DNA from: the human T2T-CHM13v2.0 reference genome, Homo sapiens
Strand: one strand, 5' to 3'
Length of the DNA: 64,000 nucleotides
Assembly: GCF_009914755.1 (NCBI RefSeq)
Contig: NC_060932.1
This document shows positions 1 to 18,411 of the stretch, piece by piece. Within the stretch, counting starts at the first letter, position 1, and every line of letters begins with the position of its first letter. The position numbers and the translations under genes were made by a program. The notes under the pieces are model-generated. The model saw only the letters and a program-made list of their open reading frames with translations. It did not search any database and was not told the DNA's origin.

Positions 1-149
1 GGCCAGAGATTACTAACTTGTACACATGACCCAAGACCATTTAGAAACCAAAGATTGTCTCTCTCCAGAATGTGTACTAACTCACACAACACATTAGTAA
101 GTTGTGTTGTGCAATATTAGGTCGTCTCAGGAATAACATCAGCATCAAG

Positions 150-418
150 CCATGCAAATGAGCTATTTGAGAGAATGAGACAGAAAACCGTAAGAGAATG
201 TCAGAGATAAGAAACCATGAGGCCCCTAAGAGAATAATAGAGTGCAGCTTTTCTTTTTTTCTTAGAGTCTACTTGGCTCTGGTTCTCATGAGGCATGCAT
301 CTATTTTAGTACTTATATTCATAATATTACCTTCCATATTGTAGAAGAAAGTCTATACACTCAAGTTAGCTTGAATAGGTTTCTCTTTTTTATAATTTCA
401 GGGGCACTGACTAACACA
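150..418 (+). mobile_element. Degraded ERVL/MaLR-type LTR 3' portion (MLT1/LTR16-like)
   Basis: The end aagttagcttgaataggtttctc...ctgactaacaca resembles the MLT1/LTR16 3' terminus; heavily diverged. Confidence 0.35.
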
Positions 419-1299
419 AAGTATACTCGTATTTCCAATTTCAATAGGTCTTATATTTAAGTAGGACAAAGGTATAAATTACTTTTAAGCATAATAAGAA
501 CATCATCTATGTCATTGCACAGTATTTTTTTCAATCTTTTGCTTACAAAATTAGTGTGGAAGATTCAAATATCAGTATATATTAATGTGTTACACTTTGT
601 ATTTACTTTACTGTACTTAAAGGGACAACTACATAAGTCAGGTTGTCTGTAATATATAGTGTTTATTTGCTTTTCCATTTGGCAAAATAAATTTTCAACT
701 TTCAAATTTGTTATTGAATATATTTCATTAAATATCATAGTTTTTAAAATATTCTTGGGCTATATATAATCAATGATTCTGTCTTATGAATAAGACAACT
801 TATCTAATATATAATACTGAATAAAATACTGAGGGATAGCTTTCTTAGACCATGTATTATTTACAAATGAACCAGATATAAAATGATAAAAGACTTCCCA
901 GGGCACAAAAATTTCTCTAAAGAAAATGCAAGTTGATATGATTAAATGAACATATCACATTAGCATACATTATAGTTGATTTACTCTTTGATATTTTCAA
1001 CCCAGATTAGCCTCAGGGCCATATATTCAACCACGTGGGTATTATTTATTTGAATGACATACTTTCCCCCAGTTGTACAGTCAGAAATTGAACATTAGCC
1101 CCAGGTTCCCTTGTAACTTTCACACTACTCACAAATTCCTATACAGTCTATCTCATACATATGTTTCTAATTCAACTATTTTACTCAACTCCAACTTTTA
1201 TTTCATCAGAGAAACAATATTTATTTTTAGTCCTACAATCTCAAAGATATTATCAAAGATATTTGAACTATGCATTGCCAGAAAAATCCTTAAAAATTA

Positions 1300-1780
1300 T
1301 AGATTGTACCCTGCCACTCTACTCCTTAAGACATTTTAATGGGACTCTCATTTTAATGAGGATAAAAATCTACAATATCTATCATGGCTTATAAAGCATT
1401 ATGTGATCTTCACTCTGTTTACTGCTAATGATTATGTATTGTTATGCCCCTCGTTTTTTTTTTGCTTTTTAATACATATGTTGCTTCCTCAAGGCTTCTT
1501 GCTTGGCTCCACCATTCTGGGTTTGCCACTCTCCTGTGTGTTCCATGACACATTGTATCCCCTAACTCCTTTGCTGTGTTGCACTTCTCTGCATCTTTAC
1601 ACTTGAAACTCTGTATACTTTATTAAACACTACATTTTTATCACCTCTTGTATTGCCTGAAACCATAGAAGCATTAATTAAAGTTGCTTGAGTACATTAG
1701 TAAATAACTATCTCCTTTGCTTTAAAAAGATCTATTTTGACTTAGGAAGACATATGTCTGATACAATAAATATTCAGAGA
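1300..1780 (+). mobile_element. LINE-2 3' fragment
   Basis: aggataaaaatctacaatatctatcatggcttataaagcattatgtgatct resembles L2 3' region motifs. Confidence 0.5.
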
Positions 1781-2278
1781 AATAAATTTGCTTCAGGGAA
1801 TATTTATAAGGTACTTAATGTAACTACTACTTAGAAGCTTGTGTTCCTTTTAAATTGTCTGTTTTTTCATACTGAGAGGTAATATTTTATAATAAAGCCT
1901 ACTCAAACATTGCATTGAATTGACTTGTGATCTTACCTTAGTTTTCAACACCTTTTTAAAAATTAGCTTGGTGTAGGAGATTATGCCAAATCAGAGTGAG
2001 CTATGAGAAACTCAGTCAACAAAAAACAATGTCATGAAAAGCCCACTCATTGTCATTTCTTTTTTTTTTTTTTAATTATACTTTAAGTTTTAGGGTACAT
2101 GTGCACATTGTGCAGGTTAGTTACATATGTATACATGTGCCATACTGGTGCGCTGCACCCACTAACTCGTCATCTAGCATTAGGTATATCTCCCAATGCT
2201 ATCCCTCCCCCCTCCCCCACCCCACAACAGTCCCCAGAGTGTGATATTCCCCTTCCTGTGTCCATGTGATCTCATTGT

Positions 2279-6133
<3,855 letters not shown>

Positions 6134-6172
6134 TCATTAGTTGATGCAATTTCTTCCTAGTCTTGATGGTCT

Positions 6173-7186
6173 TTACATTTTGGCATGATTTTGCAGCAGC
6201 TGGTACCGGTTGCTCCTTTCCATGTTTAGCGCTTCCTTCAGTAGCTCTTTTAGGGCAGGCCTGGTGGTGACAAAATCTCTCAGCATTTGCTTGTCTGTAA
6301 AGTATTTTATTTCTCCTTCACTTATGAAGCTTAGTTTGGCTGGATATGAAATTCTGGGTTGAAAATTCTTGTCTTTAAGAATGTTGAATATTGGCCCCCA
6401 CTCTCTTCTGGCTTGTAGGGTTTCTGCCGAGAGATCCGCTGTTAGTCTGATGGGCTTCCCTTTCAGGGTAACCCGACTTTTCTTTCTGGCTGCCCTTAAC
6501 ATTTTTTCCTTCATTTCAACTTTGGTGAATCTGACAATTATGTGTCTTGGAGTTGCTCTTCTCGAGGAGTATCTTTGTGGCGTTCTCTGTATTTCCTGAA
6601 TCTGAACTTTGGCCTGCCTTGCTAGATTGGGGAAGTTCTCCTGGATAATATCCTGCAGAGTGTTTTCCAACTTGGTTCCATTCTCCCCGTCACTTTCAGG
6701 TACACCAATCAGACGTAGATTTGGTCTTTTCACATAGTCCCATATTTCTTGGAGGCTTTGCTCATTTCTTGTTATTCTTTTTTCTCTAAACTTCCCTTCT
6801 CGCTTCATTTCATTCATTTCTTCCATTGCTGATACCCTTTCTTCCAGTTGTTCGCATCGGCTCCTGAGGCTTCTGCATTCTTCACGTAGTTCTCGAGCCT
6901 TGGTTTTCAGCTCCATCAGCTCCTTTAAGCACTTCTCTGTATTGGTTATTCTAGTTATACATTCTTCTAAATTTTTTTCAAAGTTTTCAACTTCTTTGCC
7001 TTTGGTTTGAATGTCCTCCCATAGCTCAGAGTAATTTGATCATCTGAAGCCTTCTTCTCTCAGCTCGTCAAAGTCATTCTCCATCCAGCTTTGTTCCGTT
7101 GCTGGTGAGGAACTGCCTTCCTTTGGAGGAAGAGAGGTGCTCTGCTTTTTAGAGTTTCCAGTTTTTCTGTTCTATTTTTTCCCCAT
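6173..7186 (-). pseudogene. L1 ORF1 (RNA-binding p40), disrupted
   Basis: ATG at 7186 reads MGKK then TAG (7174-7172); second stop TGA at 7042-7040; the C-terminal 247 aa remain open (6173-6916). Confidence 0.93.
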
Positions 7187-8091
7187 CTTTGTGGTTTTAT
7201 CTACTTTTGGTATTTGATGATGGTGATGTACAGATGGGTTTTTGGTGTGGATGTCCTTTCTGTTTGTTAGTTTTCCTTCTAACAGACAGGACCCTCAGCT
7301 GCAGGTCTGTTGGAATACCCTGCCGTGTGAGGTGTCAGTGTGCCCCTGCTGGGGGGTGCCTCCCAGTTAGGCTGCTCGGGGGTCAGGTGTCAGGGACCCA
7401 CTTAAGGAGGTAGTCTGCCCATTCTCAGATCTCCAGCTGCGTGCTGGGAGAACCACTGCTCTCTTCAAAGCTGTCAGACAGGGACATTTAAGTCTGCAGA
7501 GGTTACTGCTGTCTTTTTGTTTGTCTGTGCCCTGCCCCCAGAGGTGGAGCCTACAGAGGCAGGCAGGCCTCCTTGAGGTGTGGTGGGCTCCACCCAGTTG
7601 GAGCTTCCAGGCTGCTTTGTTTACCTAAGCAAGCCTGGGCAATGGCGGGCGCCCCTCCCCCAGCCTTGGTGCCGCCTTGCAGTTTGATCTCAGACTGCTG
7701 TGCTAGCAATCAGCGAGACTCCCTGGGCGTAGGACCCTCCGAGCCACGTGAGGTATATAATCTCCTGATGTGCTGTTTTTTAAGCCGGTCGGAAAAGCCC
7801 AGTATTCTGGTGGGAGTGACCCGATTTTCCAGGTGAGTCCGTCACCCCTTTCTTTGACTCAGAAAGGGAACTCCCTGACCCCTTGCACTTCCCAAGTGAG
7901 GCAATGCCTCGCCCTGCTTCGGCTCGCGCATGGTGCGTGCGCCCACTGACCTGTGCCCACTGTCTGGCACTCCCTAGTGAGTTGAACCCGGTACCTCAGA
8001 TGGGAATGCAGAAATCACCTGTCTTCTGCGTCGCTCACGCTGGGAGCTGTAGACCTGGGCTGTTCCTATTCGGCCATCTTGGCTCCTCCCC
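7187..8091. promoter_or_regulatory. L1 5'UTR with sense (minus) and antisense (plus) promoters; intact YY1 site
   Basis: Relatively CpG-rich L1 5'UTR; YY1 motif cggccatcttgg at 8071-8082. Activity not tested. Confidence 0.75.
7642..7836 (+). CDS. L1 ORF0 (antisense ORF), 64 aa, shortened by a premature TGA at splice donor 2
   Basis: MAGAPPPALVPPCSLISDCCASNQRDSLGVGPSEP...GVTRFSR* matches primate L1 ORF0; expression unknown. Confidence 0.65.
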   Translation: MAGAPPPALVPPCSLISDCCASNQRDSLGVGPSEPREVYNLLMCCFLSRSEKPSILVGVTRFSR

Positions 8092-8499
8092 TGTCATTTC
8101 TAAGTCTTTATTTGATTCCTTTATGTTGAAAGCATGTTGACTTTTGAGTAATTTTCAGAAAAGCTATTATTATTCAAGTGTATAACCAATAAAGACTGAG
8201 GGTATTTTTCCTTAGAAGAAAGTTGGAAATGAATTTTAATTGTGACTTAATACTTGCAACATTTTCTTTCCTCCTGTTTGCTCCTCAGCTCCCCGTGCTG
8301 TCCATAAATATGTCGTTTGCTGTCATAACAATGGTTTAGCAACAAATGCTTTGAATAGAACACATCTCTTCAATGTGTAAAATTATTCACTTTCCTGTGC
8401 TGATCTGTCTTAACTATAAAGCCTTAAAACATATCTTAATATCTGATTGGGAAAATCTAGCAGTGGTTTCCAGTAAAGTCTTGGCTAATTTTAGCCCTT

Positions 8500-10560
8500 T
8501 ATTGTGAATTTTGATTTAATTTACTAAGCGCCACAGAACCAACAACAAACAACAGTTAAAATATTCATAAGATTTCTAAAATTAGAATTGCAATGAATAA
8601 AACCAATTTGGAGATCACTGACATTTTACAATAGCTGGTCTTTCTATTCAGCAAAATGTTTCTGTGTCTTTTAATGATTCCCATGTATTTTCATTTTTTT
8701 CTCCATAAAGTTTTCCACATATTTTGTTAGATTTATTCCTAGAAATATTTTGTTCTTCCAAAATACATATTTCTGTAATAAGAATTACCTCATATATGAC
8801 TGATAACTTTGGTAATGACACTAATAGAATACAGATGTCAGGTTGATTCATTTTCTTCAACAGAAGCTAAACACAAATGCAACTTAAAACAGAGGATCAC
8901 TGAGGAAGATAGTAGTTACGAAAAGTCACAGTCCTCTCCTTGACTCAGTTTTGCTCATTCTTATTGTTGTTATTAAGAGTGAAGATGTTAAGAAACTGTC
9001 TCACAGAGAGGGTCTTTCTATGAGAGAACCAGAAAATACGTGTTACTCAGTGACAATAGAGACCAAAAGCTGAAAAAAAAATTGCAGCAGGCTATCCATG
9101 AGGGTACAAGTCAGTTATCACCTGTCTTAAATGTGATAAGAAATGTGACTGTGAGTAGAAGACATGATCACAGTGTGGCATGTAGCAGGGGTGAACTTGA
9201 TGGCATTGGATTAGGTACTCTGTAAAGCCAATAAGCAAGTCCTATTTGAAGCCATGTAAGCATCTTTTATTTATAGTTTATTAATGAATAAGGAAGAGGG
9301 CAAAAAAAAAGAAAAAGAAATAATGTGAACTAATGGAAAGAAACAAATTCAAGACAATGAGCCAGGTAATCAATCTTTGGCAGCATGTTACTTTTCCAGT
9401 TGACTCATTGTTCCTTTACCTGTAGCTACTGATGAAGACAGCTCTCTCAGCTTGTCCCCCTAATTGAACAGCGACATTTTTCCTTAGATACCATTCATCA
9501 ATTTACATTTACCTATTTAAAAATTATCTATACATATGCTATAAAATTCCTTTAATAGGAAGAATTTGGCATGCCTTTTAAAATATGTTAATATTTTATT
9601 AGAATTGTTATTAACTTTCAGTGCTCTGTTTATAATGTCGCAAGGGATTTGAATGATTGATTCTTGATCTTTTATTTTTCCCATAATCATATTCTTTTCT
9701 GGGAATAGCACATGATTTTTCCAAAACCTGAGGTTATTCAGGACTATGTGGAAGAGTTGTATAAATTATAAATATGCCAATGTTATTTATCTATTTGAAA
9801 AAAAAACCTCTATCTAATTTGTGTTTGTATATAGACATGAACTTGTTTATTGTTTTTGGTTTTGTGTCCTGCAAATTTGCTACATTCGAATAGTATATCT
9901 GCTAATATTTGTAATGTCAATCTAGTCGTTATACATAGCTTATGTTTGTGCTATGTAAACAATCATCTGCAAAAACTCATTGATATCCCTGCTATTCCGC
10001 CATTTTATAACCTTTCATCCTTTAATTTATATCACTTGCTAGGTCTTCCATTAAAATAGTGAATAGTAATGGTAATATGATATTAGAGGAAATGTTTTCA
10101 TAATTTAAAATTTTAACAATATGTTAAGAATCTCTAGATTCTTCTTTATGGTGTTAAGTAACTTCCTTTTTATTTTCAGTATTAGAATTTTGTTATAAAT
10201 GTCTGTTTAATTTTAGGTAGTACTTCACTGAATCTATTGAGATAACCACATGATATTTCTCCTTTTTGAGATAAAATAGTATGTTTCTTCATATATCAGT
10301 TTTAATAACTTGTATTTTTAAAACTAATCACCTAAGTTTTCAAATATAGGCCGTACTTTTTTGTTAGTCCAGCTCATAATACATTTAATCTCTGTAATCT
10401 GTATTTCTATTATTCTTTCTAATATTATTTATTTTTGCTTTCTTTCTAACTCTTTTGTTTTAAGTAATCTGGCAGAATTTGTTTCTTTTTAAGAATTTTA
10501 CTAGTCTTTTCAGTCAATCACTTTATTTCTCACTTTCTTTTCCTTTGAAATCGACAACCT
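8500..10560 (-). mobile_element. Old L1M/L1ME fragments interrupted by other sequence (~8830-9690)
   Basis: T-rich antisense L1-like phrases such as aatttggagatcactgacattttacaata and tgaatctattgagataaccacatga. Confidence 0.45.
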
Positions 10561-10873
10561 TTAAGGTACTTCCTTTATGTGGAGTTCTCCTGCTGGAGTT
10601 CCCCACTGTAGGCCATCCCTAGCTTTCATTCTTGTCCCTGTATTCATTGCATATATTAAAGTAGGAACTCAAGGATCCAAAATTTGGCAGAAGTCTCAGG
10701 GTAAAAGGCAATTATAATTATAGTACTCTCTACTCCCCAAAGTTCCCATTTTCACTTTTTTTGGTTTGTTTTAGTGAATCTTACCTTTTTTTCTTAACTT
10801 TGCAACACTGATTAATCTATCATCTATTCTTCCAACAATTCATCCATCATGTCAAAATTAAAAATCTCAAATG

Positions 10874-11959
<1,086 letters not shown>

Positions 11960-12669
11960 TCAAAAGCATTTTTACTCATGAATGAAAGAGTCTGTAAGCA
12001 AATTCAAATCTAGCTGTTTTTTTTTAATGAAATGCCCAACTGTTTTCGCCTTCCAATTTTATTTGATTATAAAAGATGTTCAAATATAAAATGGATTTCC
12101 TACTGAAGAATTCCCAAGAGATGTTTGTTACCTAGAGACCACCATTTCAAATTTATTCTTCAAATGATAATAGCATATTAATGAGTGCTAGGAACATTTC
12201 TACCAAAATCTATTCTATGTTCAAGCAGAAAATGGGCATCTCATCTGGTTCAAGTATTTCCATACACACAATAGCACAGCTGACTCTTTTATAGCTGCAG
12301 GAGTCCTAATTCAGCCTGTCTAGAGAAGTAAATCTCCCACCCACATTGCAAAACATATCTGAAACTTTCATTCTCCTAAAACACCCTTTCTATTAGGACA
12401 TGAAAGGCCAGTCAAGACATTCTCCAGAAATGTTAATTTTGTATTTTTCCACCTCTGTAGAAAATATTGATGATTACCTTGTATGTATAGTTGTTATGAT
12501 ATAAAAAGAATTACAATAACAATAATAATAAAATTTCTTTATTCGGCATATGTTTAAACACAACTAATTTACCTACCTTAAAATCTGATTCTCATAGATC
12601 TTTTATAGTTTCTTTAGCCAGTTTCTTTTCCCCATAATTTTTATTTACCCCACTTGATGCTGGTGGAAT

Positions 12670-13150
12670 ACCAATTAATTAATTCCACACATATTTATCA
12701 AGCCTTTCTTTTTTTTTTGCATTAGCAATACATATATACTCCAAACAGACAAAATTTTCTGCTGTAGAATACCTTACTTGTAATATCCAAATACCAATCA
12801 AACAAAACAAAAATTATCAGCATATTAAGAGGTAATAAATACTGTGGAGAAAAAGCAGAAAGGTTAGTTAGAACATATGAGGGGTAATTACAGTTTTAAA
12901 TAGGGTAGTCAGGGAAGCCCTCATTGAAGCAAGGAAAGCTTATAGGTAAGAGAATAGGCTACTGGAAGGATGAATAAGAATAATTGATACGTAACAGATA
13001 GCATGGAAAGCCTCCCTTTTGAACTAAGATTTGAGTTAATATGGAATGTTTGAAAAGAATGAATAAGGGTTGGATCAAGAGTGAGGTGAATGTCCCAGTC
13101 TGGGAGACAGTGTATGTGCAGGCCTAAAATATGAGAAAGTGCACACACAC
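12670..13150 (-). mobile_element. LINE-2 fragment
   Basis: acacatatttatcaagcc...aaatagggtagtcagggaagccctc...gtatgtgcaggcc are typical L2 antisense motifs. Confidence 0.6.
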
Positions 13151-13477
13151 ACAGACATGTGTACACTTGTCATCAAAATTCTATATTTTGTCTTCTTTTT
13201 CAGTTTTGGAAGCTTTGTTAGTATACTGGAGCTTTGTTTTGTTATTTCAGTAATTCCAGATATCTTTGTTAAAAACCTGGAAAATAGAATCATTTAATGA
13301 AACAAAGTGTTCCTATGAATTCAGGTACCTGAGACTTTATTTATCATTCTGCCAAACAATAATTAACTAAATGTTTATTTTATTAACTGTATAAAAAAGA
13401 AATTATAGGTGCAACTTTAAATGAAATATACTAATAATATAACAAAATACTCATTACATACAGGGTGTTTATATATT

Positions 13478-13795
13478 TCTTTCTTTTTTTGTTTTGTTTG
13501 TTTGTTTGTTTTTTGAGGTAGTGTCTTACTCTGTCGTCCAAGCTGGGTTGCAGTGATGAGATCTTGGCTCCCTCCAACCTCTGCCTCGCAGGTTCAAGCA
13601 GCTCTCCTGCCTCAGGCTCCCAGGTAGCTGGGATTACATGCACCTGCCACTATGCCTGGCTAATTTTTGTATTTTTAGTAGAGATGAGGTTTCCCCATGT
13701 TGGCTAAGCTGGTCTCAAACCCCGACCTCAAATGATCTACCCACCTCAGCCTCCCAAAGTACCGGGATTACAGGCATGAGCCACTATGCCAGGCC
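13478..13795 (-). mobile_element. Alu (S/J-type)
   Basis: Dimeric Alu; degenerate TSD catacagggtgtttata / catgcagaatgtttata. Confidence 0.95.
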
Positions 13796-13999
13796 CATGC
13801 AGAATGTTTATAATCAGTTTGTAAATACAAGGCTTGCAAATAACAAGATAAAGAAACAAAACAAGAGAAACTTTTTTTTCCCCTCAAAGGTCATAGACTC
13901 TCAATGTCATATTAGACTGCTAGGTTTTGACACTTCGGTGTATACATTCTATGTATACCAGCATCAGCCAAATAGAAACTCCAACTCACAGGACTGGGT

Positions 14000-14325
14000 T
14001 TCATACCCACAGCCTTTTTTTCAAGCTCAAAGACAGCAACATTAGCCAAGTTGTGCCTCCTCATTAATGATACCTGCTTATCAGAATTTGATGTTCAGCT
14101 CTACGGAGACTCTTTTGGTAAGCTTCTGATTTTTCCCTTTATCACCTTTGTCCTCTTACCTCGAGGAGGTTAACTGCTCCCTACGGTTGCTACCTCCAGA
14201 ACACCTTGCATTTGTTTAAGTTTTTCTTATCAACTTATCTGTTTATCTCCAAGCTGAAAATCCCAGAAATTTTTTGAAGGAGACAGATTTTGTTTTGCTT
14301 TTGATCTCATACGTCCCTGACCATA
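14000..14325 (+). mobile_element. ERVL LTR33-like fragment
   Basis: ggaggttaactgctccctacggttgctac...ccctgaccatagta resembles LTR33. Confidence 0.35.
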
Positions 14326-15025
14326 GTATATAATCCTCTTTTCTTCTGAGACATTTTCCTTGTTACTTGGTTCTGACAATGGTACCTATTTCTCACTCAG
14401 CTCTTCATTAACTCCATCTGCAAAGTGGAAATTTTATTGTTTAGTAAATATTTATTCTATATTTCCCTCTTTTTATCAGAGTAATCTTATGCTTGGAAAT
14501 TAATGGGAGTCCTCTGTTTTCTGGACCAACAGCTTCAGATTTGTCTTTACTTAAAAGATTATAACAGAGGTCAAATCTTCCACTGACACCAGAAAATGGG
14601 GGCAGCACTGAGATTTTGTCTGCAAAAGTAAAGGGAACTAATCATAAGATGATTAACTCTTAATATTAACAGCAATTCATTTGGAAGCCTCTTATTAAGT
14701 CAAACATGCTTTCTCATTATCAGCCTAGAATAATGCAATGACCTGCTACACTTTATTATTTTTTAGATGAACTGGGAAAGGCAGAAACAAATAATTTAGA
14801 GTATATTTAATCCATAAGTTTATTAGTCTTTTTCTAATATGAAAAGAATGTGAAGAACTAGTAGTATGGAAGGCCTCTCTCTTTAATTATTGGTTGCATG
14901 TTACCTCTGACAAATTGGTAGTTTTGTGGTTTGGGGAATGGATAAGTTTGAGAGAAATAACTCTGTAAGTAATTGTAAGTTCTATATCCTATTTACTTAT
15001 TTTTCCCCAAAATAATAAGCTAGAT

Positions 15026-15323
15026 CAGTGCTTCCCAAAAGTGCCTTTGATTTTATTTGAGAAGTTTGAGTTTGAGGCATATAAATTTGTGTTTTTATAA
15101 AAGCACCTTGGGTGATTTGTATAGCCAAAGTTTGCAAAACATTGGAATAAATCAATAAGTTTCTACCTTTCAAGAATCAGAATAAACTTGAGAAACTTCT
15201 TTTTAAAGAATACCCACAGGCGACATCTCAAAGATTTTGATTTAGTAGGTTTGTGTTAAAGTCTAGACTTCTTTTTTAAAAAAACATTGTATTCTGATAT
15301 GCATTTGGGACTGCAAACTACTG
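15026..15323. mobile_element. Two adjacent MER5-type hAT fossils
   Basis: cagtgcttcccaaa...caaagtttgcaaaacattg, then a second copy ending caaactactg. Confidence 0.6.
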
Positions 15324-15432
15324 AATTAGAGCTTCTGAGAAAGACAATTGCAGCTGGATTCTGAACTTAGAACTTCACTGCTCAAAAGCAACTGTCTCCG
15401 TCCCTATGGTAATACAAAATAACACTTTGTAG

Positions 15433-15476
15433 GAAGGAATAATATGGCCATCAGAAGGAATAATATGGCCATCAGA
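15433..15476. repeat. Perfect 21-bp tandem duplication
   Basis: gaaggaataatatggccatca x2. Confidence 0.95.
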
Positions 15477-17267
15477 GTTTCTGGCATCAAGGAGGCCATA
15501 CAGTAACTGATAACATATCTGGAATAAGAAAGTTTCCTCTAAGTTTGGCCAGAGATCTATTGTTTCCCTCAGACTCCATGAAATTTATCTTCATCCTGAG
15601 TCAAGGGCCTCAGAAAACCAAGTAAACTGTCATTATGTCCTTACTGGTCTCTGAAACCCTCTACTCTCCTCCTAATCTCTAAGAAAAGCACTTCTAAAGG
15701 AAATAGAAATTAATCAGGGAGTTAAAAAGGCACACTTCTCTTAATCCTGTCAATACACTGTCAGAAAAATTAATGGAGTTAATGGAAGAAAAACTTCTGT
15801 TGCTGGAAATATGACCAATTAAGTAGGAATAAAAACCACACATTTAGAAAATATCCAAAATGGTGAACAAGAAAAGGCAGATATCTTTTCTGTTAAAATA
15901 TGATTCTCCAAAAGTTAAAAGTAGACGTCTCATAAATATATAAAATGAACTTGCATCAAAAATTTATTAACAAACAGATTGAAGGATGCAGTAAAATGGT
16001 AATGATCCAAAGAACATTTGAGGAAGCAGGATTTATGTATTCTAACAGGAAATATATTTTAAAAAATATTAAAACAACATTACATAAAAATTAAAAATAT
16101 CAATAAACTATAGTCAATAGCATTATCTATTTTACTGAACAAAAATAATATTTGTATTGCCATGTGACAAGAATTTTTTAATTGCATTTGATTTTTGGTA
16201 TGTTAACTCTTCCTATCCTTAAAGAGTTGTAAAATAGTTAAATCAATAGTAAATGGAATGTGAAACACATATATTCACCCCTGGAGATTCCAATGAAACC
16301 TGCCAGCCAATGCCAGCACACACTATAATGAAAAATATATATATGCCCAGGAGTCCATTTTGCAAATCTCCAAATTGTGTATATATTTAAATTTTTACCA
16401 TTTTTATTATAAATAATCCTCAAAAATTATCCTGACCAAGTGTCTCACTTTTTTTAAATTATGTGACAATTTCTGAGACTCTCTTTCCAAAGCCAAAGCA
16501 ATAATATTGTTCATACTATGATAAGTGAAAATATTTAAACCACTGACTATGATTATTTTTCTACCTTTGAGCAAACCTTATATCTAGAGTTTTAGAATTA
16601 TAAGCATAGATTAGTTTTTTTAAACATTAGACTGTAGATTATGATAATGCCATTATGTTTGTTGTTCATTACAACTAAAGAAATTAAAACACTCCCCACA
16701 ATTCCTCATTTTAAAAATTTTCTTCGTTTTCTTTTTCTCCTTTTAAAGCACTATAATTTTCCTATTTGGGGTACTAAAGAATGAGCATTACTTCAGTAAA
16801 ATTCAACTCATGACATCAAACTACATCCTTTTAATTTGCAAAAAAATATTAACTAGATTACTCACTGAAACCTCTTATATTAGTGATTTTGATTATCACT
16901 GAAAATATAGAACAAAGTAATTAGGCTCTTGTATTAATGGTGTATACATAAAGAGTAAAATGGCTGAAAGAAGATAACCCTATTTTTCTAATTTATTTTC
17001 TCAACAAAAATTACACAATAATTTAGAAACTCCAAAATGCATAAAGAATAGTATAATGAACATTGATATAATCATGATCTCGTATAAGATAAAACAATGA
17101 AAAATGCAATAGAATCTATGTGTGTTTCTCTTCTCAATACTAATTGCCTGGTTTCTGCCCATCTAAAGTCACAATTTGCACATATATAGTATTCTGAATT
17201 TGATATTTCCCATCATATCTTAAAATTTTATGTGCATTGAACAATTTTAATGAATATTTGATTAATG

Positions 17268-17342
17268 CACATATATACATATGCACATATATACATATAT
17301 ACGTATATATATACGTATATACGTGCATATACATATATGTGT
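17268..17342. repeat. (TA/CA/CG)-mixed microsatellite
   Basis: Alternating purine-pyrimidine tract. Confidence 0.85.
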
Positions 17343-17515
17343 AATTGTCGTTTTATATGAAAGTGTAGGGCCATAATAATGACTCTACAGACTGAAACCA
17401 TGAAAGCAATCTTTATAATCAATAGAAACAGTATAATTTTTTCACAATTTTTAAAAAATTTTTGTCACAACATTAAAATTTTGTCTACTGTTGGCGACAA
17501 ATGTGTAGGGAAATT

Positions 17516-17789
17516 AGGTCAGGAGATCGAGACCATCCTGGCTAACACGGTGAAACCCCGTCTCTACTAAAAAATACAAAAAAAAAAAAAAAAAAAAAAA
17601 AATTCGCCACGCCTGGTGTTGGGGACCTGTAGTCCCAGCTACTCCGCAGGCTGAGGCAGGAGAACGGCGTGAACCCGGGAGGCGGAGTTTGCAGTGAGCA
17701 AGATCGCACCACTGCACTCTAGCCTGGGCGACGGAGAGAGACTCCGTCTCAAAAAAAATAAACAAACAGAATAAATAAATAAATAACAA
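17516..17789 (+). mobile_element. 5'-truncated AluY with an expanded middle A tract
   Basis: gagatcgagaccatcctggctaacacggtg is AluY-diagnostic; A25 at 17578-17602. Confidence 0.93.
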
Positions 17790-18411
17790 GAACCACTGAT
17801 AATTAAAAGTGCTTTATTTCTTTATTAAAAATAGGCTTTGAGAAGCACTAGTATTCTTCTCATTACATAGATTATGATACAGAGTAAGCATCTTTTCCGT
17901 CTTGGCAACTGTCACACTCTAAGTCCAAATCAGCTTCGGATGTTTTATCTTTTGTTTATTGGATTATAAATGTCATAAAATATCTTCAAAATTTGCCTTA
18001 ATGTGAACGTACTGGCTGGTGTCACTTCCTCTGAGATATCTACATTGTTCTCCTCACAATCAATTTTTTCATTTGTTTTAATAAGTTTGCCTTCACCCCA
18101 TTTCTCTAGGTTCATATAAAGAGTCCCTTAAAAGGCAGAATTGTCAACATTCCCATGGTCATTTATTCCTTTTAAAACTATATTTGAATTTTACTCCCAA
18201 CATTATTACATTTTATTTATTTGCTGCACTTTTATGATTATTTGCTGATTCTCTTTCTTGATTATCCATTTTTGTAAAATGTCATGTGAGTTTATCACTT
18301 GAATACAAAAAGACTACCCAACTCTGCATTTTGTTGTCTCTGCAAAAACTGAATAACAAATGCACAGTGACCAATCACACACATATTTTGAAAGAAGTGA
18401 TGTGATTGCTG

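Noticed and set aside
1073-1606. Short + strand ORFs
   Set aside because: AT-rich, partly in an L2 fossil, no recognisable domain; consistent with chance
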